Numbered from the stretch's first letter, positions 30,026 to 41,712 are shown. The stretch is DNA of 64,000 nt from Hormoscilla sp. (GCA_051439505.1 JBFRWI010000145.1:16276-80275); one strand, 5' to 3'. Program-made: numbers and translations. Notes: generated by a model not told the origin, from the letters alone.

Positions 30026-32344
30026 ATGTCCGCTCGAAATAAAAATATCCCGTGGTTAATTTCATCATCAAACCCTCCCGACTGGTTCGTGCAAGCGGTG
30101 CAAGGCCACGCACCGAACTTGCCCAGGGTCGATCAGGCGGCCCAACTGCTATGGAGTCGGGGGATCCAAGACACCGAAAAGCTAGCAGTATTTTTAGATC
30201 CAAATCTGTATCAACCAGCGAGTCCCTGGGAGTTCGGTGCCGAAATGGACTGGGCGGTCAAAAGATTGCAGCAAGCGAGGGTTGCTGAGGAAATAGTAAC
30301 CATTTGGGGAGATTTTGATGCCGATGGAGTCACTTCTACGGCGGTGCTTTGGGATGGGTTGGGGCAGTTTTTCCCCCGCGAAAAACTATCATACTATATT
30401 CCCGATCGCCTCACAGAATCCCACGGCTTAAACTGCCAGGGAATAGAGGCGATCGCCCAAAAGGGTACGCAGCTAATTGTCACCTGCGATACGGGCAGCA
30501 CCAACTTAGCAGAAATCGAGTATGCTAAATCCCTAGGAATTGATATTATTGTCACGGATCACCACACCCTGCTGGAGGAACGTCCTCCCGTGACAGCAAT
30601 TATTAACCCTCGCTATCTGCCCGCAGAACATCAGCTATTTCACCTTTCGGGGGTGGCAGTTGCTTATAAACTAATAGAAGCCCTCTATCAAGCAATGCCC
30701 GATGTCCCCCAACAACCTCTAGCAGATCTGTTAGATTTAGTAGCGATCGGTCTCATTGCCGATCTGGTGCAGTTAAGTGGAGATTGCCGTTATTTGGCGC
30801 AGATGGGGATTAAACAATTGCAAGCTGATTTTCAGAAAGCCGCCCAGTCTCGCAGGCGTCCTGGAGTGGGAAAGCTGCTGGAACTATGCCAGGGAAATGG
30901 CGATCGCCCCACAGACATTTCCTTTGGAATAGGTCCGCGCATCAACGCGGTCAGTCGCATTTACGGCGACGCTTCCTTTTGCGTTGAATTACTCACCAGT
31001 CGCGACATTAACCGCTGCCGGGAATTAGCAGAAGCGGCAGAATTAGCCAACAGTCGCCGCAAAGCTTTGCAGAAAGATGTGGCTGCCGATGTCAACGAAA
31101 AACTAACTAAATTAGATTTATCTACGACTGAGATTATAGTGCTTGACGACCCCCAATGGCATGTAGGTGTTCTGGGTTTAGTAGCTGCTGAAGTCGCCCA
31201 AAACTGCGATCGGCCCACAATTTTACTCAGTACCGATCTGGATGAAAATCAACCTTTAGCCAGAGGTTCGGCCCGTTCGGTCGCGGGAATTGACCTTTAC
31301 CAACTGGTAAAATCCCAAGCACAGTTGTTAGATAGATTTGGGGGTCATCCCTTCGCAGCGGGTTTGAGTTTACCAGTTGAGAATATCCCCTTATTTACTG
31401 AAGCAATAAATCAGCAATTGCGGACCATGGACAGCGTAGTCACAGCTACAGCAGCATGGGAAGCTGACCTAGTGGTAACAGTAGCAGAATTAGGAAAAGA
31501 GTTGTTTCGCCAACTGAAATTGCTAGAACCTTGTGGTATTGGCAACCCCGTCCCCAAGCTGCTGATTGAAAACTGCTGGTTTGCCAATCCCTGGAATAAA
31601 AATATTATAGATGCTCAGGGAAAGAAAGTCCGCTACATCAAGACAGAATTTAGAATAGGAGATGATTCTACAGAAAGAAGCTTTAATGGGGTCTGGTGGG
31701 GTCACTATAAGGAAGAAATTCCCCCAGGGCGATGCGATGCGATCGTGGAATTAGATTACAATTCTTATCATAAACGTTATGAAGTGCGGCTGATGGCAGT
31801 GCGCCCCAGCAGGGAACCGGAAATGAAGATCCCACAGATATCAATATTAGACTGGCGGGGGAAGGATAATATAAGCCAAGAGAATCAATCTTTAATTATA
31901 TTGACAGAATGTCCGGCAAGCTGGGATGATTTAAACTTGTACTTGCGATCGGCCCGACAACGGCAACAACCAGTGGCGATCGCCTACCGGGAACCAGAGG
32001 CGATCGCGGCCCAGGAGGTCTGGCAACAACTGCTAGGCATTGCCAAATACCTGAGTCGCACGGGTAAAACTGCCAACCGCCAACAACTGCAAGCAAAACT
32101 AGGACTAGGGGAAGCAGCGGTCAATTTAGGACTGGAAGCCCTCAAGGATCTGGGTTTTACCATTATTACTCTAGATGCCAGCAGTTTGCAGATCGCTTGG
32201 CATCCCATTGAAGAAGCGATCGAACAATCAGTTGCCATCAATCAATTTTTAGCAGCAGTCCAAGAAGAACAATTTCGCCGCCAGTATTTCTGTAAAGTAA
32301 GCATTTCCACAATTCACGCACAATTAGTGAATAGCGAATGGTGA
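30026..32344 (+). CDS. recJ: ssDNA-specific exonuclease RecJ family (DHH/DHHA1)
   Basis: GDFDADGVTS, TCDTG, TDHH, PRINA and FGGHPFAAG. Confidence 0.92.
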   Translation: MSARNKNIPWLISSSNPPDWFVQAVQGHAPNLPRVDQAAQLLWSRGIQDTEKLAVFLDPNLYQPASPWEFGAEMDWAVKRLQQARVAEEIVTIWGDFDADGVTSTAVLWDGLGQFFPREKLSYYIPDRLTESHGLNCQGIEAIAQKGTQLIVTCDTGSTNLAEIEYAKSLGIDIIVTDHHTLLEERPPVTAIINPRYLPAEHQLFHLSGVAVAYKLIEALYQAMPDVPQQPLADLLDLVAIGLIADLVQLSGDCRYLAQMGIKQLQADFQKAAQSRRRPGVGKLLELCQGNGDRPTDISFGIGPRINAVSRIYGDASFCVELLTSRDINRCRELAEAAELANSRRKALQKDVAADVNEKLTKLDLSTTEIIVLDDPQWHVGVLGLVAAEVAQNCDRPTILLSTDLDENQPLARGSARSVAGIDLYQLVKSQAQLLDRFGGHPFAAGLSLPVENIPLFTEAINQQLRTMDSVVTATAAWEADLVVTVAELGKELFRQLKLLEPCGIGNPVPKLLIENCWFANPWNKNIIDAQGKKVRYIKTEFRIGDDSTERSFNGVWWGHYKEEIPPGRCDAIVELDYNSYHKRYEVRLMAVRPSREPEMKIPQISILDWRGKDNISQENQSLIILTECPASWDDLNLYLRSARQRQQPVAIAYREPEAIAAQEVWQQLLGIAKYLSRTGKTANRQQLQAKLGLGEAAVNLGLEALKDLGFTIITLDASSLQIAWHPIEEAIEQSVAINQFLAAVQEEQFRRQYFCKVSISTIHAQLVNSEW

Positions 32345-32364
32345 AGCTCAATAGCTAATCAAAA

Positions 32365-33309
32365 TTACCTACTATTAAACTGCGATTTCAAAACCTTGCC
32401 TACAGTCCTAGGAACACCATATAACTTATTAAAAAACAGATTCCATAAATATCCATACTGCGGATACTTTTTCACTAATAAAACATCTGACACCACGTGA
32501 AATCTAGGAGGTTTCAATGACGGCTCCTTATCAATATATCGAATTTGTTCTGGTTTAGGCATCCAGTGACCGATGATTGCATCTTTCCGAAAAAATTTAG
32601 CCTGCACGAATAAACCCAGTAATCTATCAAATCCTGATGAAGGTATCCACCTTAATGCTCCCATTAATTTTGTCACCTGGGACAACTCGGGAAGTGCTTC
32701 TTGAACCATCTGATTTTTCCAAACAATATTATTGAAATTTTCAAAATGGTAACCGTGATTATCTTTTCTTTCCATCAGGGGCCAGATAGCATGTCGAATA
32801 TCAAAATTTTTATCTAAAGGCGCGATCGGCACTTCCAGTAATCCAGTATAATTTCCTTTCTGATATGGATAGGGATTCTCCGGTGTTTTTTTGCATATCT
32901 CTAGTTGCCGAACATCAGGAATAGCCTGCCATTCTTGTTGAATCCGATGAAAATCGGATATATCTATATTTTCTTTTTGTAACCTCAAAATCCAACTTTG
33001 AGAAAATCTGTTAAAATATTGCTCAGTTAACCTGACAACATCTTCATGGACAAAGTCATCATCATCAAGAGCCAGAACATATTCTCCCAATGCATTGAGT
33101 AAGCCAACGAATCTTTGCATCATTTCGCCTTTGTAGGGGCTGATAATCAATTTTATTCGCGGGTCTTTGACCAATCTTACCGGCGTATTTGGCGGATATA
33201 CTAAAACCAACTCAACTGAACCTTTTACCTTTAACCATTGTGAAAGCCAATAGTCGGAAAATTTTCCTAAAGATGGCGTAACTATAGATAAAATAGGCTT
33301 GCTATCCAT
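32365..33309 (-). CDS. Glycosyltransferase family 2-like (AT-rich)
   Basis: LSIVTPS N-terminus and GEYVLALDDDDF (DxD). Confidence 0.75.
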   Translation of the reverse strand: MDSKPILSIVTPSLGKFSDYWLSQWLKVKGSVELVLVYPPNTPVRLVKDPRIKLIISPYKGEMMQRFVGLLNALGEYVLALDDDDFVHEDVVRLTEQYFNRFSQSWILRLQKENIDISDFHRIQQEWQAIPDVRQLEICKKTPENPYPYQKGNYTGLLEVPIAPLDKNFDIRHAIWPLMERKDNHGYHFENFNNIVWKNQMVQEALPELSQVTKLMGALRWIPSSGFDRLLGLFVQAKFFRKDAIIGHWMPKPEQIRYIDKEPSLKPPRFHVVSDVLLVKKYPQYGYLWNLFFNKLYGVPRTVGKVLKSQFNSR

Positions 33310-33567
33310 TTTTTACTCTCCTTTGTTTGTGTACTGATTGACACAACTATTAATTAAGTTACCTCTTTCCAAGGCTCTCGGTATCCTTCCGTTCGGTGAA
33401 ATCATTTTGCCAGCCCAATGGCTGAGTTCATCAGTTACCGCGTCGCCTCACCTTAGAGCGGGCTTTTGGTCGCGAGTGAGTTGGCGTTAAACCATATACT
33501 TTTATTGTAGACTACCTATGACATAATTGGCCTGTATGTTTACATTTTTTTTATAAATGAACCTCTA

Positions 33568-33705
33568 GGCACTGGTTCAGTCGGATTAATAAAACTGCTG
33601 AAACCCTTACAGAACAGGGGTGCGCGGTGATTTGGGCTCAAATAGCTAGATACTTTACTGGGTGAGGGTTTCAGGCATGATTTTAATTAGACAGCAACCA
33701 GTCCC
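33568..33705. mobile_element. MITE (family C) with imperfect TIRs and 8-bp TSD
   Basis: GGCACTGGTT...AACCAGTCCC flanked by AACCTCTA at 33560-33567 and 33706-33713. Confidence 0.7.
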
Positions 33706-33716
33706 AACCTCTAATA

Positions 33717-34388
33717 CTACTGCAAATTACCTTGATGTTCGCAATGAAAGCCTTGCTGTTGCCAAGAATTCATGTTAACCTGGGTTAGAGGCAACAGTTC
33801 CGAGCAACTCGGCTGGTAAAATTGACTAAGGACAGCCCAGACTAAAGCGCGAGTGACATCGAGACTGGTCTTGAACCATGACTCGCGATTGCCAGGAATG
33901 CCTTTTTCCTTGACAGTATAAGTATCCACCCAGATGCCGCGAGTACCAAGGATGATTTGACCCAGCCATTTCGCCCGAGGGAGGTGGGTGGGGGAGGTAA
34001 TCACCTGCACCTTGCGTACCCCCCATTGCTGTAAAATAGCTAGACTAAAGTAGAAGTTGCCAAAGGTCGATCGGGCGCATTTTTCCAGCCAAACTCCTGA
34101 CATGGGTGCGCCATCCCGCTGAAAAATGAGCACAATGCAGGGGTCTGGGGAGCCTTGGGAAATTAAAATGGGGATATCAGGCTGTTGCTTGGCTAACTGT
34201 GCCACGTAGATTTCCCGGCGAATGCTACCTCCAAGCACGAGATAGGCATCTACCGGTGCATGGGCAGCTTGCAGAAGGGCGATCGCATTTCCCAGTAGCA
34301 TGATGGTGGCAAGCAGAGTCAACCCCAGCCCAGCGGCCCGTAACCACCGGCGACGCGATCGATGTTTGGATGTTGTTTGTGGCTTCAT
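33717..34388 (-). CDS. YdcF/DUF218 family protein
   Basis: N-terminal TM, then VLGG...RE, ILISQG, STFGNF and ITSPTHLPRA. Confidence 0.85.
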   Translation of the reverse strand: MKPQTTSKHRSRRRWLRAAGLGLTLLATIMLLGNAIALLQAAHAPVDAYLVLGGSIRREIYVAQLAKQQPDIPILISQGSPDPCIVLIFQRDGAPMSGVWLEKCARSTFGNFYFSLAILQQWGVRKVQVITSPTHLPRAKWLGQIILGTRGIWVDTYTVKEKGIPGNRESWFKTSLDVTRALVWAVLSQFYQPSCSELLPLTQVNMNSWQQQGFHCEHQGNLQ

Positions 34389-34616
34389 GGTCTGGTGCGG
34401 TGGTAATGGTAAATCGGTCGGTGAAAGATATTAAAGCAGTTGAAAATTATCGGGAACAAAGGCAAGGGCTTGGCCTTCCTAAAGCTATAATAGAGAAGAG
34501 AACCCGAAGTTGAGAGAGCAGGAAATGTTGCGTCTAGGCAGTCAGCATAGCGTCAAAGTATGCTTGCTGCAAATTATTGTGAGAAATCGCGAGCAAAAAA
34601 CTGGGTAGGAACTAAG

Positions 34617-35960
34617 ATGAATCAGTATGAAAAAGGGATCGAGAAATTGGCCATAGTCAGTGCAGCGATCGCGGCGACGACCAGTTTGTCATTAATGCTG
34701 CCAGCATGGAGTAAGTCGGGACAGGCAGTTCTAGAGGATAGCCCCAAAACAATAGTAGACGAGAGCTGGCAAATTGTCAATCGGGAATATGTCGATCCGA
34801 CATTTAATCAAGTAGATTGGCAAGAGGTGCGCCACAGTTTATTGAGTAAAGAATATACGAGCAAGAAACAGGCTTATGCGGCAATCCGGACAGCGTTAAA
34901 AAAGTTAGATGACCCCTACACTCGCTTTTTGGACCCCGAGCAATTTCAAAGACTAACTGAGCAAACGTCGGGGGAAATGTCAGGAGTGGGCATGAGTTTA
35001 GAGTTCGATCGCGAAACCAAAAGCATTACTGTGGTCAAACCCTATGAGAATTCTCCTGCAGGAAAAGCAGGGATCCAAGCGGGCGATCGGATATTGGCGA
35101 TCGACGGCAAATCAACGGAAAACATGAGCTTGAAAGCTGCGGTTAAGCTGATCCGGGGGGAAGTAGGGACGGAGGTGACTCTAGAACTGTCACGACCGGG
35201 TCTAGGTATATTTGAAGTAGAACTGACGCGGGCAAAGATAGAAGTCCCGGCGGTCAATTATGCCCTGAAGCAAGAAGGAAATTTACGCATAGGTTATATC
35301 CGCTTGTCGGATTTTAGTTCCCACGCCGCCGAACAGATGGAGCGATCGATCTCGGATCTCAAAGAGCAACAGGTGGATGGTTTTGTGTTAGATCTGCGAG
35401 GTAACCCTGGAGGTTTGTTGCAGGCGTCAATTGAAATTGCTCGGATGTGGATGGATAAAGGTGCTATTGTCAGCACTATAGACCGTGATGGAAACAGGAA
35501 AGCTCTCCAAGCTAATGGCAAAGCTCTAACCTTATTACCTTTGGCGGTGCTTGTCAATGGGAATTCGGCGAGTTCTAGCGAGATTTTAACAGGGGCTTTG
35601 CAAGATCATAAACGCGCTCAGGTGATCGGTACTCAAACTTTTGGCAAGGCTTTAGTGCAAGCGGTACATACCCTCTCGGATGGCTCGGGGTTGGCGGTGA
35701 CTGTGGCTCATTATTACACGCCGAAGGGAACGGATATTAGTCAAACTGGCATTACTCCCGATATCGAGATCGAAATGACAGATAAGCAGTTGCGGCGCTT
35801 GATCCGAAACCCCAGGTTACTCGCTACTCAGCAAGACCCTCAGTATGCAAGGGCGATCGCCACTTTAACGGCAGAAATTGCTCCCAAACCTTTGGCAATT
35901 AATGAGAGTATAAATCAACCCGTCCATCCGAATATATTGAAAATCACCGGTCACGAATAA
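34617..35960 (+). CDS. S41 carboxyl-terminal processing protease (CtpA/CtpB family)
   Basis: Signal peptide, PDZ domain, LDLRGNPGG, NSASSSEIL and TFGKA. ATG at 34617 preferred. Confidence 0.93.
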   Translation: MNQYEKGIEKLAIVSAAIAATTSLSLMLPAWSKSGQAVLEDSPKTIVDESWQIVNREYVDPTFNQVDWQEVRHSLLSKEYTSKKQAYAAIRTALKKLDDPYTRFLDPEQFQRLTEQTSGEMSGVGMSLEFDRETKSITVVKPYENSPAGKAGIQAGDRILAIDGKSTENMSLKAAVKLIRGEVGTEVTLELSRPGLGIFEVELTRAKIEVPAVNYALKQEGNLRIGYIRLSDFSSHAAEQMERSISDLKEQQVDGFVLDLRGNPGGLLQASIEIARMWMDKGAIVSTIDRDGNRKALQANGKALTLLPLAVLVNGNSASSSEILTGALQDHKRAQVIGTQTFGKALVQAVHTLSDGSGLAVTVAHYYTPKGTDISQTGITPDIEIEMTDKQLRRLIRNPRLLATQQDPQYARAIATLTAEIAPKPLAINESINQPVHPNILKITGHE

Positions 35961-36450
35961 CAGAGAGGAGGTGAACGAGTTCGGGTAAAATGAGCTGTTC
36001 GAGGGCAAGTTTGACTGCACCGGTAGAACCAGGAATTGAAAAAATGAGCTTGGACTGATATACTCCCGCACAGGCGCGAGAGGCGATCGCCCTCGAACCA
36101 ATTTCTTGAAAGCTAGCGGCGCGAAACAATTCACCAAAGCCGGGCAATTGTTTTTCGAGTAAACCTTCAATGGCATCATAGGTAGTATCCCTGGGGGCAA
36201 TACCCGTGCCCCCATTTAAGATGAGAGCATCTAGGTCCGGGCGACTGCATAACTCTTGCACCAGGGCTTTAATTTGGGCGGGTTCGTCTTTTAAGATCCT
36301 GTAAGCCGCGATCGCATGTCCAAGTTCTTCGAGTAACTGTTTAATTAGCTGACCGCTGCGGTCCGTTTCGGGCGTGCGGGTATCGCTGACGGTAATCACA
36401 GCACAATTTACCGTCATTCCAGGGCGATCGGGGTGAGGTAATAAGGTCAT
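35944..36450 (-). CDS. moaB: MogA/MoaB molybdenum cofactor biosynthesis protein
   Basis: VITVSDTR..DRSG, NGGTGIAPRDTT, PGFGELFR and PGS. Confidence 0.9.
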   Translation of the reverse strand: MTLLPHPDRPGMTVNCAVITVSDTRTPETDRSGQLIKQLLEELGHAIAAYRILKDEPAQIKALVQELCSRPDLDALILNGGTGIAPRDTTYDAIEGLLEKQLPGFGELFRAASFQEIGSRAIASRACAGVYQSKLIFSIPGSTGAVKLALEQLILPELVHLLSVIRDR

Positions 36451-36541
36451 ATTTTCGTTCGTAGTAAGCGCGAAGAGCGCTTTCGCCGTGTGACTCGTTC
36501 CCAGGATCTGACAGGGAACGAGAGTAAGCAATTCATGACAA

Positions 36542-36880
36542 CTATTTAGATTTAGTAAAGCCCAGACCATGCTCCTCAGCATAGCGCTCCATGAAACGCA
36601 TAAAACGGTCCCATGCTTCCTGGGAGTCCATCAGATAAAATGCTTCTATTGTTGCTGGCTGACCATTAACGAACTTGGCGTTCACCTCCCGAGTTATCAG
36701 TTCGCCCTCTTCATCAATCATATACATACCAGTAACTTCTTGGGTGTTGCCTTCTTGAAACACTGTGGGATTTTCAAAAATGAACTTGGCCGTACTGCTG
36801 CTGCCCCTCTTTGCACGGGTGAGACCCACTTTCGGTACATCTGTTTCGGTAATGCCTTTGGAAAACTGAATTTCAGCCAT
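36542..36880 (-). CDS. psb28: Photosystem II reaction centre protein Psb28
   Basis: [33 protein letters not shown]. Confidence 0.96.
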   Translation of the reverse strand: MAEIQFSKGITETDVPKVGLTRAKRGSSSTAKFIFENPTVFQEGNTQEVTGMYMIDEEGELITREVNAKFVNGQPATIEAFYLMDSQEAWDRFMRFMERYAEEHGLGFTKSK

Positions 36881-37414
36881 AAGTAACAGGATTTTTTTGC
36901 GGATAACTTAACATTCTCTTAATTGTAAGCTAACTTGCGCTTCTCTTCAAATATTCGAGCCAGGACTAAAAGGCGGGACTTAGCCACCGGTGCTTGTCAG
37001 GGGTCGAGCGCCGGTCCCTAGCCAACCCAAAGTGCATTTTCCTCCTTCCCCGGGGCCAGCGATCTACCGGTAATCACTCTCACCCCTCAATGCGCTCGTT
37101 GACAGAGACTGCCAAGGAGAGTTAAGCAGTTATGTCTCTGTTGACAGACCTCCCAAACAAGAGGAAGCATCCTCTCGAGCGATCGCAGTAGCGCCATCAT
37201 CTGCTAAACTCTAAATAGCGTTCCTGTGAAATTATGCAACATTCTCAGAGTCTCGTCAAACCGCTACGAATGATAGTCTCAAAGCAGTGTTAGATGCCTC
37301 CACCCAAACCTGTTCTGGATGTTAGGTTTATTTATTTATATATACCTGCCTACTTAATACCATTTTATAAAGACAAGGCTACAACTACAATTATTTTAAT
37401 CTTTAATCGTGATT

Positions 37415-37494
37415 TTATTAGTCGGTTTTAACCGACTTTAGCTATTAGCCGGGGGTTTGAACCCCCGGCGGGCTGACAGCGAAGTGAGAGAACT
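37415..37494 (-). repeat. REP-like palindromic repeat (empty-site version of 18984-19270)
   Basis: Reverse complement reads GTCAGCCCGCCGGGGGTTCAAACCCCCGGCTAATAGCTAAAGTCGGTTAAAACCGACTAATAA. Related copies at 19001, 19087, 62831 and 62867. Confidence 0.85.
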
Positions 37495-37568
37495 TTCGCA
37501 ATTGTAGCAATATTTTTTACAAATCGTATAACCCGATCGCCCATTATTGAATATCCTTCTCTTCTAAA

Positions 37569-40319
37569 TCAGTCGCCGATATATTGCTTGACCAACTTGA
37601 GAATTTTGTCAATTTCAAACTCTGACGCTAATTCCAGGAACTGACTAGCAAAAGGCGCGTATTGTTCGTCCAACTCTTTAATTCTATTCGCTTCTACTTC
37701 CACCTCTTCAATGTCACCGATCCGCGCCGCCTTAAACAAAGCCTCCAGTTCTACAGTCGGCGGCACCACCATTTCTGCGGTCTCAATAGGGGGCGACTCT
37801 GTTGTTTCTTCTATCTTATCATAAATCCAATCCAATTGCAAATATTCCTGTAATTTTGATAGCAACAGATCTGTTTCGACAGGTTTCGGGATAAAATCAT
37901 TACATCCAGCCTGGATGCATTTCTGCTGGTCTGATTCAAACACGCTAGCGCTAGTAGCAATCACTGCTACTTCCTGAAACTCACCCTGCGATCGCAGATG
38001 CCGAGTCATTTCCAAACCATCCATTACAGGCATTCCCACATCAGTGATAATCAAGTCAGGTTGAAATGCCGCTGCTACTGCTAAACCCTCTTCTCCATTA
38101 GATGCCTCGGCGATCTCAAATCCCATTGGGCCTAGGATATTTATAAATACTGCCCGATTTAAGGGGCGATCGTCTATCACGAGAATTTTTCTCCTTTCCC
38201 CTTGAAATCCTAAAATCTGAGAAGCTGATTTAACGGCAGCAGAGGCCACCTCTGTTCCTGACCCTGACAACTCTACATCAAACCAAAACCTGCTTCCTTC
38301 CCCCAAGCTACTCTCCACTTGGAGTTTACTACCCATCATCTCAACTATTTTCAGACTAATAGCTAATCCCAAACCCGTACCTTCAGCTTTACGCGAACTT
38401 TCTCCCACCTGTTCAAAGGGCAAAAATATCTTCTGTAATTGTTCCGGCGTCATCCCCACTCCCGTATCTTCCACTTGGAAGCGGAATTTTACTAAATCTT
38501 TCTCCTCTCTTTCCGACTCTACTTGCTGCTTTTCTAGTACCTTAACTATTAAACTCACTCCCCCTTTGTCTGTAAACTTGATCGCATTCCCCAGCAGATT
38601 AATCAAGACTTGCCGCAGTCTTTTTTCATCCACCTGAATAGTCTTAGGGAGATCCTTTTCTGCTTCATAAGTAAAATCTATGTCCTTTTGCTCAGCCTTA
38701 ATTCGGCAAATTTCTGCTACCCCCGTCAGCAAAGAAAGAAAATGCACCTCTGCCGGGTATAGCTCCATTTTCCGGGCTTCTATTTTCGACAAATCTAATA
38801 TATCATTAATTAACGTCAGCAGATGAGAACCGCACTGATGAATGATCCCAATGCCTTTTTTCTGCGATCGGGTAGCATCTTTGTCTCCCTGCAAGATTTG
38901 CGCGTATCCCAAAATGCCATTCAGGGGAGTGCGGAGTTCGTGGCTCATATTTGCCAAAAATTCGCTCTTCGCCTTATTAGCAGCATCCGCTGCCACTTTC
39001 GCCTTTTCCAATTCCTGAGTGCGTTCCTTTACCTTTACTTCTAATGTATTATTAGCTGTTTCTAATTGCACGTTAGCTATTGCTAATTGTGAGTTAATTA
39101 TCTTTAATCTTCTCAGATTATAATAGTTCGTGCTCAAAATCGACGCCGTTGCCAGAGCTAGGAAAGGGGCAAACACTGGCACTACCCAGCCTGCTAAAAA
39201 TACTACATAGCTGCCACCCAGCAGAGATACACCTGCTAGGAAAATAAACATAATTGTCGCCAAAGCGTTTTTACTGAATAGCTTTAAATGTAGCAGCTTC
39301 CAAGTCCCCCCAGCCCCGATAAAAGAGCAAAGCAAAATCCACAGCCAACTTACTTCGTTACTTGCTCCTCGCAGTAGCTGCCGCCCGGCGATCGCCCCAC
39401 GCAAAATCATGCTAGTCACATTAGCATGAATCACTACACCCGGAGTTCGCTTAGCCTTATTCCCACTGAATAGTTTACTACTGTAGGGACTGTAGAACAA
39501 GTCGTTCAGACTCGTCGCTGTCGCCCCAACGAACACTATCCGATCGCGCATCAGTCCTGGTGGTATTCTATCTTCCAGCACATCTGTCATCGACACAGTC
39601 TCAAAGCGATCGATCGCTCCGACATAGTTCAACAATATTTGATAGCTTCTTCCGACAATATCTTCCTTTCCATAGCCTCCCTCCTTTCCCTTCAGCGGGA
39701 CAAACACAGCTTTCCCCAATCCATATATATACTTGTCAGCATCTATAATATCCAGGCTAATGCCTTCAGCTTCCAGATACATCAAAGCCAGCTTCACCCC
39801 TAGTCCTTCTAAGTTTTCGACTAGCACGAATGCCCGACGCACCTTCCCATCTGCATCCAGGAGCAAATCCGCTGCCCCCACCTGACCTAACTCTTTCAAA
39901 ATCGGAGGTGGGGCTATTTTATTCCCACCTGCTTTCTCTACGCCAACCAGGTTCGGTGTTGTCTTGAACACCTCCTCCAATTGAGCATGTCCCGGTTCTA
40001 CTGGTAAATCTCGATATATATCCAGACCTATCCCTCTGGGTTGCTGGCTTTTTAGCTTCCCCAGCAACTCAGCTAGCACCCGATCGGACATTGGCCATTG
40101 TTCTACATATTTTATATCCGACTCATCTATCGTCACGATCGCGATTCTTTCGGATACTGGTTCTGTCGGACGCATGCGAAAGAACTGATCTCGGATACCC
40201 CACTCCAGTAGGTGGAACACTCCTGTCATGCTCCCAGCTATGACTACAGCTGCTACGCTGGGAGCAATCTTCAGGACTGAGCGCCATTGGACGATTTCCT
40301 TTTTCAGCCTTTGCCACAT
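37569..40319 (-). CDS. CHASE2 hybrid sensor histidine kinase / receiver
   Basis: CHASE2 motifs ([21 protein letters not shown]), 3 [25 protein letters not shown] and a receiver domain. Confidence 0.93.
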   Translation of the reverse strand: MWQRLKKEIVQWRSVLKIAPSVAAVVIAGSMTGVFHLLEWGIRDQFFRMRPTEPVSERIAIVTIDESDIKYVEQWPMSDRVLAELLGKLKSQQPRGIGLDIYRDLPVEPGHAQLEEVFKTTPNLVGVEKAGGNKIAPPPILKELGQVGAADLLLDADGKVRRAFVLVENLEGLGVKLALMYLEAEGISLDIIDADKYIYGLGKAVFVPLKGKEGGYGKEDIVGRSYQILLNYVGAIDRFETVSMTDVLEDRIPPGLMRDRIVFVGATATSLNDLFYSPYSSKLFSGNKAKRTPGVVIHANVTSMILRGAIAGRQLLRGASNEVSWLWILLCSFIGAGGTWKLLHLKLFSKNALATIMFIFLAGVSLLGGSYVVFLAGWVVPVFAPFLALATASILSTNYYNLRRLKIINSQLAIANVQLETANNTLEVKVKERTQELEKAKVAADAANKAKSEFLANMSHELRTPLNGILGYAQILQGDKDATRSQKKGIGIIHQCGSHLLTLINDILDLSKIEARKMELYPAEVHFLSLLTGVAEICRIKAEQKDIDFTYEAEKDLPKTIQVDEKRLRQVLINLLGNAIKFTDKGGVSLIVKVLEKQQVESEREEKDLVKFRFQVEDTGVGMTPEQLQKIFLPFEQVGESSRKAEGTGLGLAISLKIVEMMGSKLQVESSLGEGSRFWFDVELSGSGTEVASAAVKSASQILGFQGERRKILVIDDRPLNRAVFINILGPMGFEIAEASNGEEGLAVAAAFQPDLIITDVGMPVMDGLEMTRHLRSQGEFQEVAVIATSASVFESDQQKCIQAGCNDFIPKPVETDLLLSKLQEYLQLDWIYDKIEETTESPPIETAEMVVPPTVELEALFKAARIGDIEEVEVEANRIKELDEQYAPFASQFLELASEFEIDKILKLVKQYIGD

Positions 40320-40322
40320 AGA

Positions 40323-41282
40323 TTAAAACTGTTCTGCGATCGGCTGGGACGCTACTGCTTCTAGCCCCACCTGTTTTAATAGATCTTCCCACTCCTTAAC
40401 TAAGGTAGCATTTCCCGGCTGGGCTAGTCGCGCTGAAGCTAGCACTTCCAGGGTCTCGTACCATACCCCCAACTTGCCATACAACACCGCCCGATCGATC
40501 GCCGTCATGGATGTTTTCTGTTTATCTTCTGTTGGGGCATCCACTCGCTTAATCCATCCACTCACCTCATAACTATCTGGCCGCATAATCTCTCCTTTCT
40601 CAACCATCACGAAATGCCAGATATAGTTTTTGCCCTTCTCTAATGCTGGTGCCTCCTTCGGCAATGTGAAGCTCACCACTCCCCCTTTACCCGCTATTTC
40701 AAAGCTTGTTTGGTAGTGATGATTCCTGTTTTCATCTTGCAGGCTAAAAAACACCTGTTTGGCTCCGATGTGAGGCACATAAACAAATATTGTCGGATGT
40801 CCTGCCACTGTGTGCCCCATCTTTGTCGATGGAATTAGTGGGATAACTTGCCTCAGTTCATCACTTCGTACTCCTCCTCCTGCCGTTTCATATTCTCCTG
40901 CCCCTCCTTGATTTGGTGCGGCAAATGTCACCCCGTTCCGTACTCCTCCTCCTGCCGTTTCATATTCTCCTGCCCCTCCTTGAGCTGGAGCGGCAAATGT
41001 CACCTCCCCTCGCGTTCCTCCTCCTGCCGTTTCATATTCTCCTGCCCCTCCTTGAGCTGGAGCGGCAAATCTCACCGCACCCCGCACTCCTCCTCCTGCT
41101 GTTTCATATTCTCCTGCGCCTTCTTCAGCTGGGGCGACAAATCTCACCGCGCTCCCCTCTCCTGTTTGTGCCAAAGCTGGCAATATCCACGATCCTGATA
41201 GTGCCAGCGGTATAGCTAGGGCGATCGCACCCAGCCGGCGATTCATTTTTCGGTTCTGTTTATTCATCATCTCTGACCTCAT
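40323..41282 (-). CDS. Secreted DUF928 protein with four 24-aa N-terminal repeats
   Basis: Signal peptide ending ALA-Q. DUF928 motifs PLIP..TVAGHPTIFVYVP..GVWYETL..W..LLKQVGL. Confidence 0.88.
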   Translation of the reverse strand: MRSEMMNKQNRKMNRRLGAIALAIPLALSGSWILPALAQTGEGSAVRFVAPAEEGAGEYETAGGGVRGAVRFAAPAQGGAGEYETAGGGTRGEVTFAAPAQGGAGEYETAGGGVRNGVTFAAPNQGGAGEYETAGGGVRSDELRQVIPLIPSTKMGHTVAGHPTIFVYVPHIGAKQVFFSLQDENRNHHYQTSFEIAGKGGVVSFTLPKEAPALEKGKNYIWHFVMVEKGEIMRPDSYEVSGWIKRVDAPTEDKQKTSMTAIDRAVLYGKLGVWYETLEVLASARLAQPGNATLVKEWEDLLKQVGLEAVASQPIAEQF

Positions 41283-41712
41283 TTAATGAATTGTTTTTTC
41301 ATTCTACAACATCTTATCCCACTCCCACCTTTAGCCAATCTTTATTTTCTGCTAGTTGCCGTTTCCTGTTTATTCTATCACTTCCACCCCCTGCTGACAA
41401 TCTTGGCAACCAATGTTATCTAGAACACATTCCCTATGCACGATCATTTATTGTTGATATTAGAGAATATGTAGCTAATGAAGAAGAACTACTTAGCACC
41501 TCCAGAGAATAAATAAGTATTTTTGTTGAGTTCCACATTCGTAATTTCTATCAGAAGAGCGCTCCGTCCCCTGGGATGCCGTCACAAGTAGTCCCCTTAG
41601 GGCCTTTTCGATCGCCGGTTACCAATTCTGCAAGTCCTACCGCACCGGCGTCGGGCTTTGGCTCCCCCTTAGGGCCTTTTTTCGATCGCCGGTTACTACT
41701 TGTGGGGGTTTG

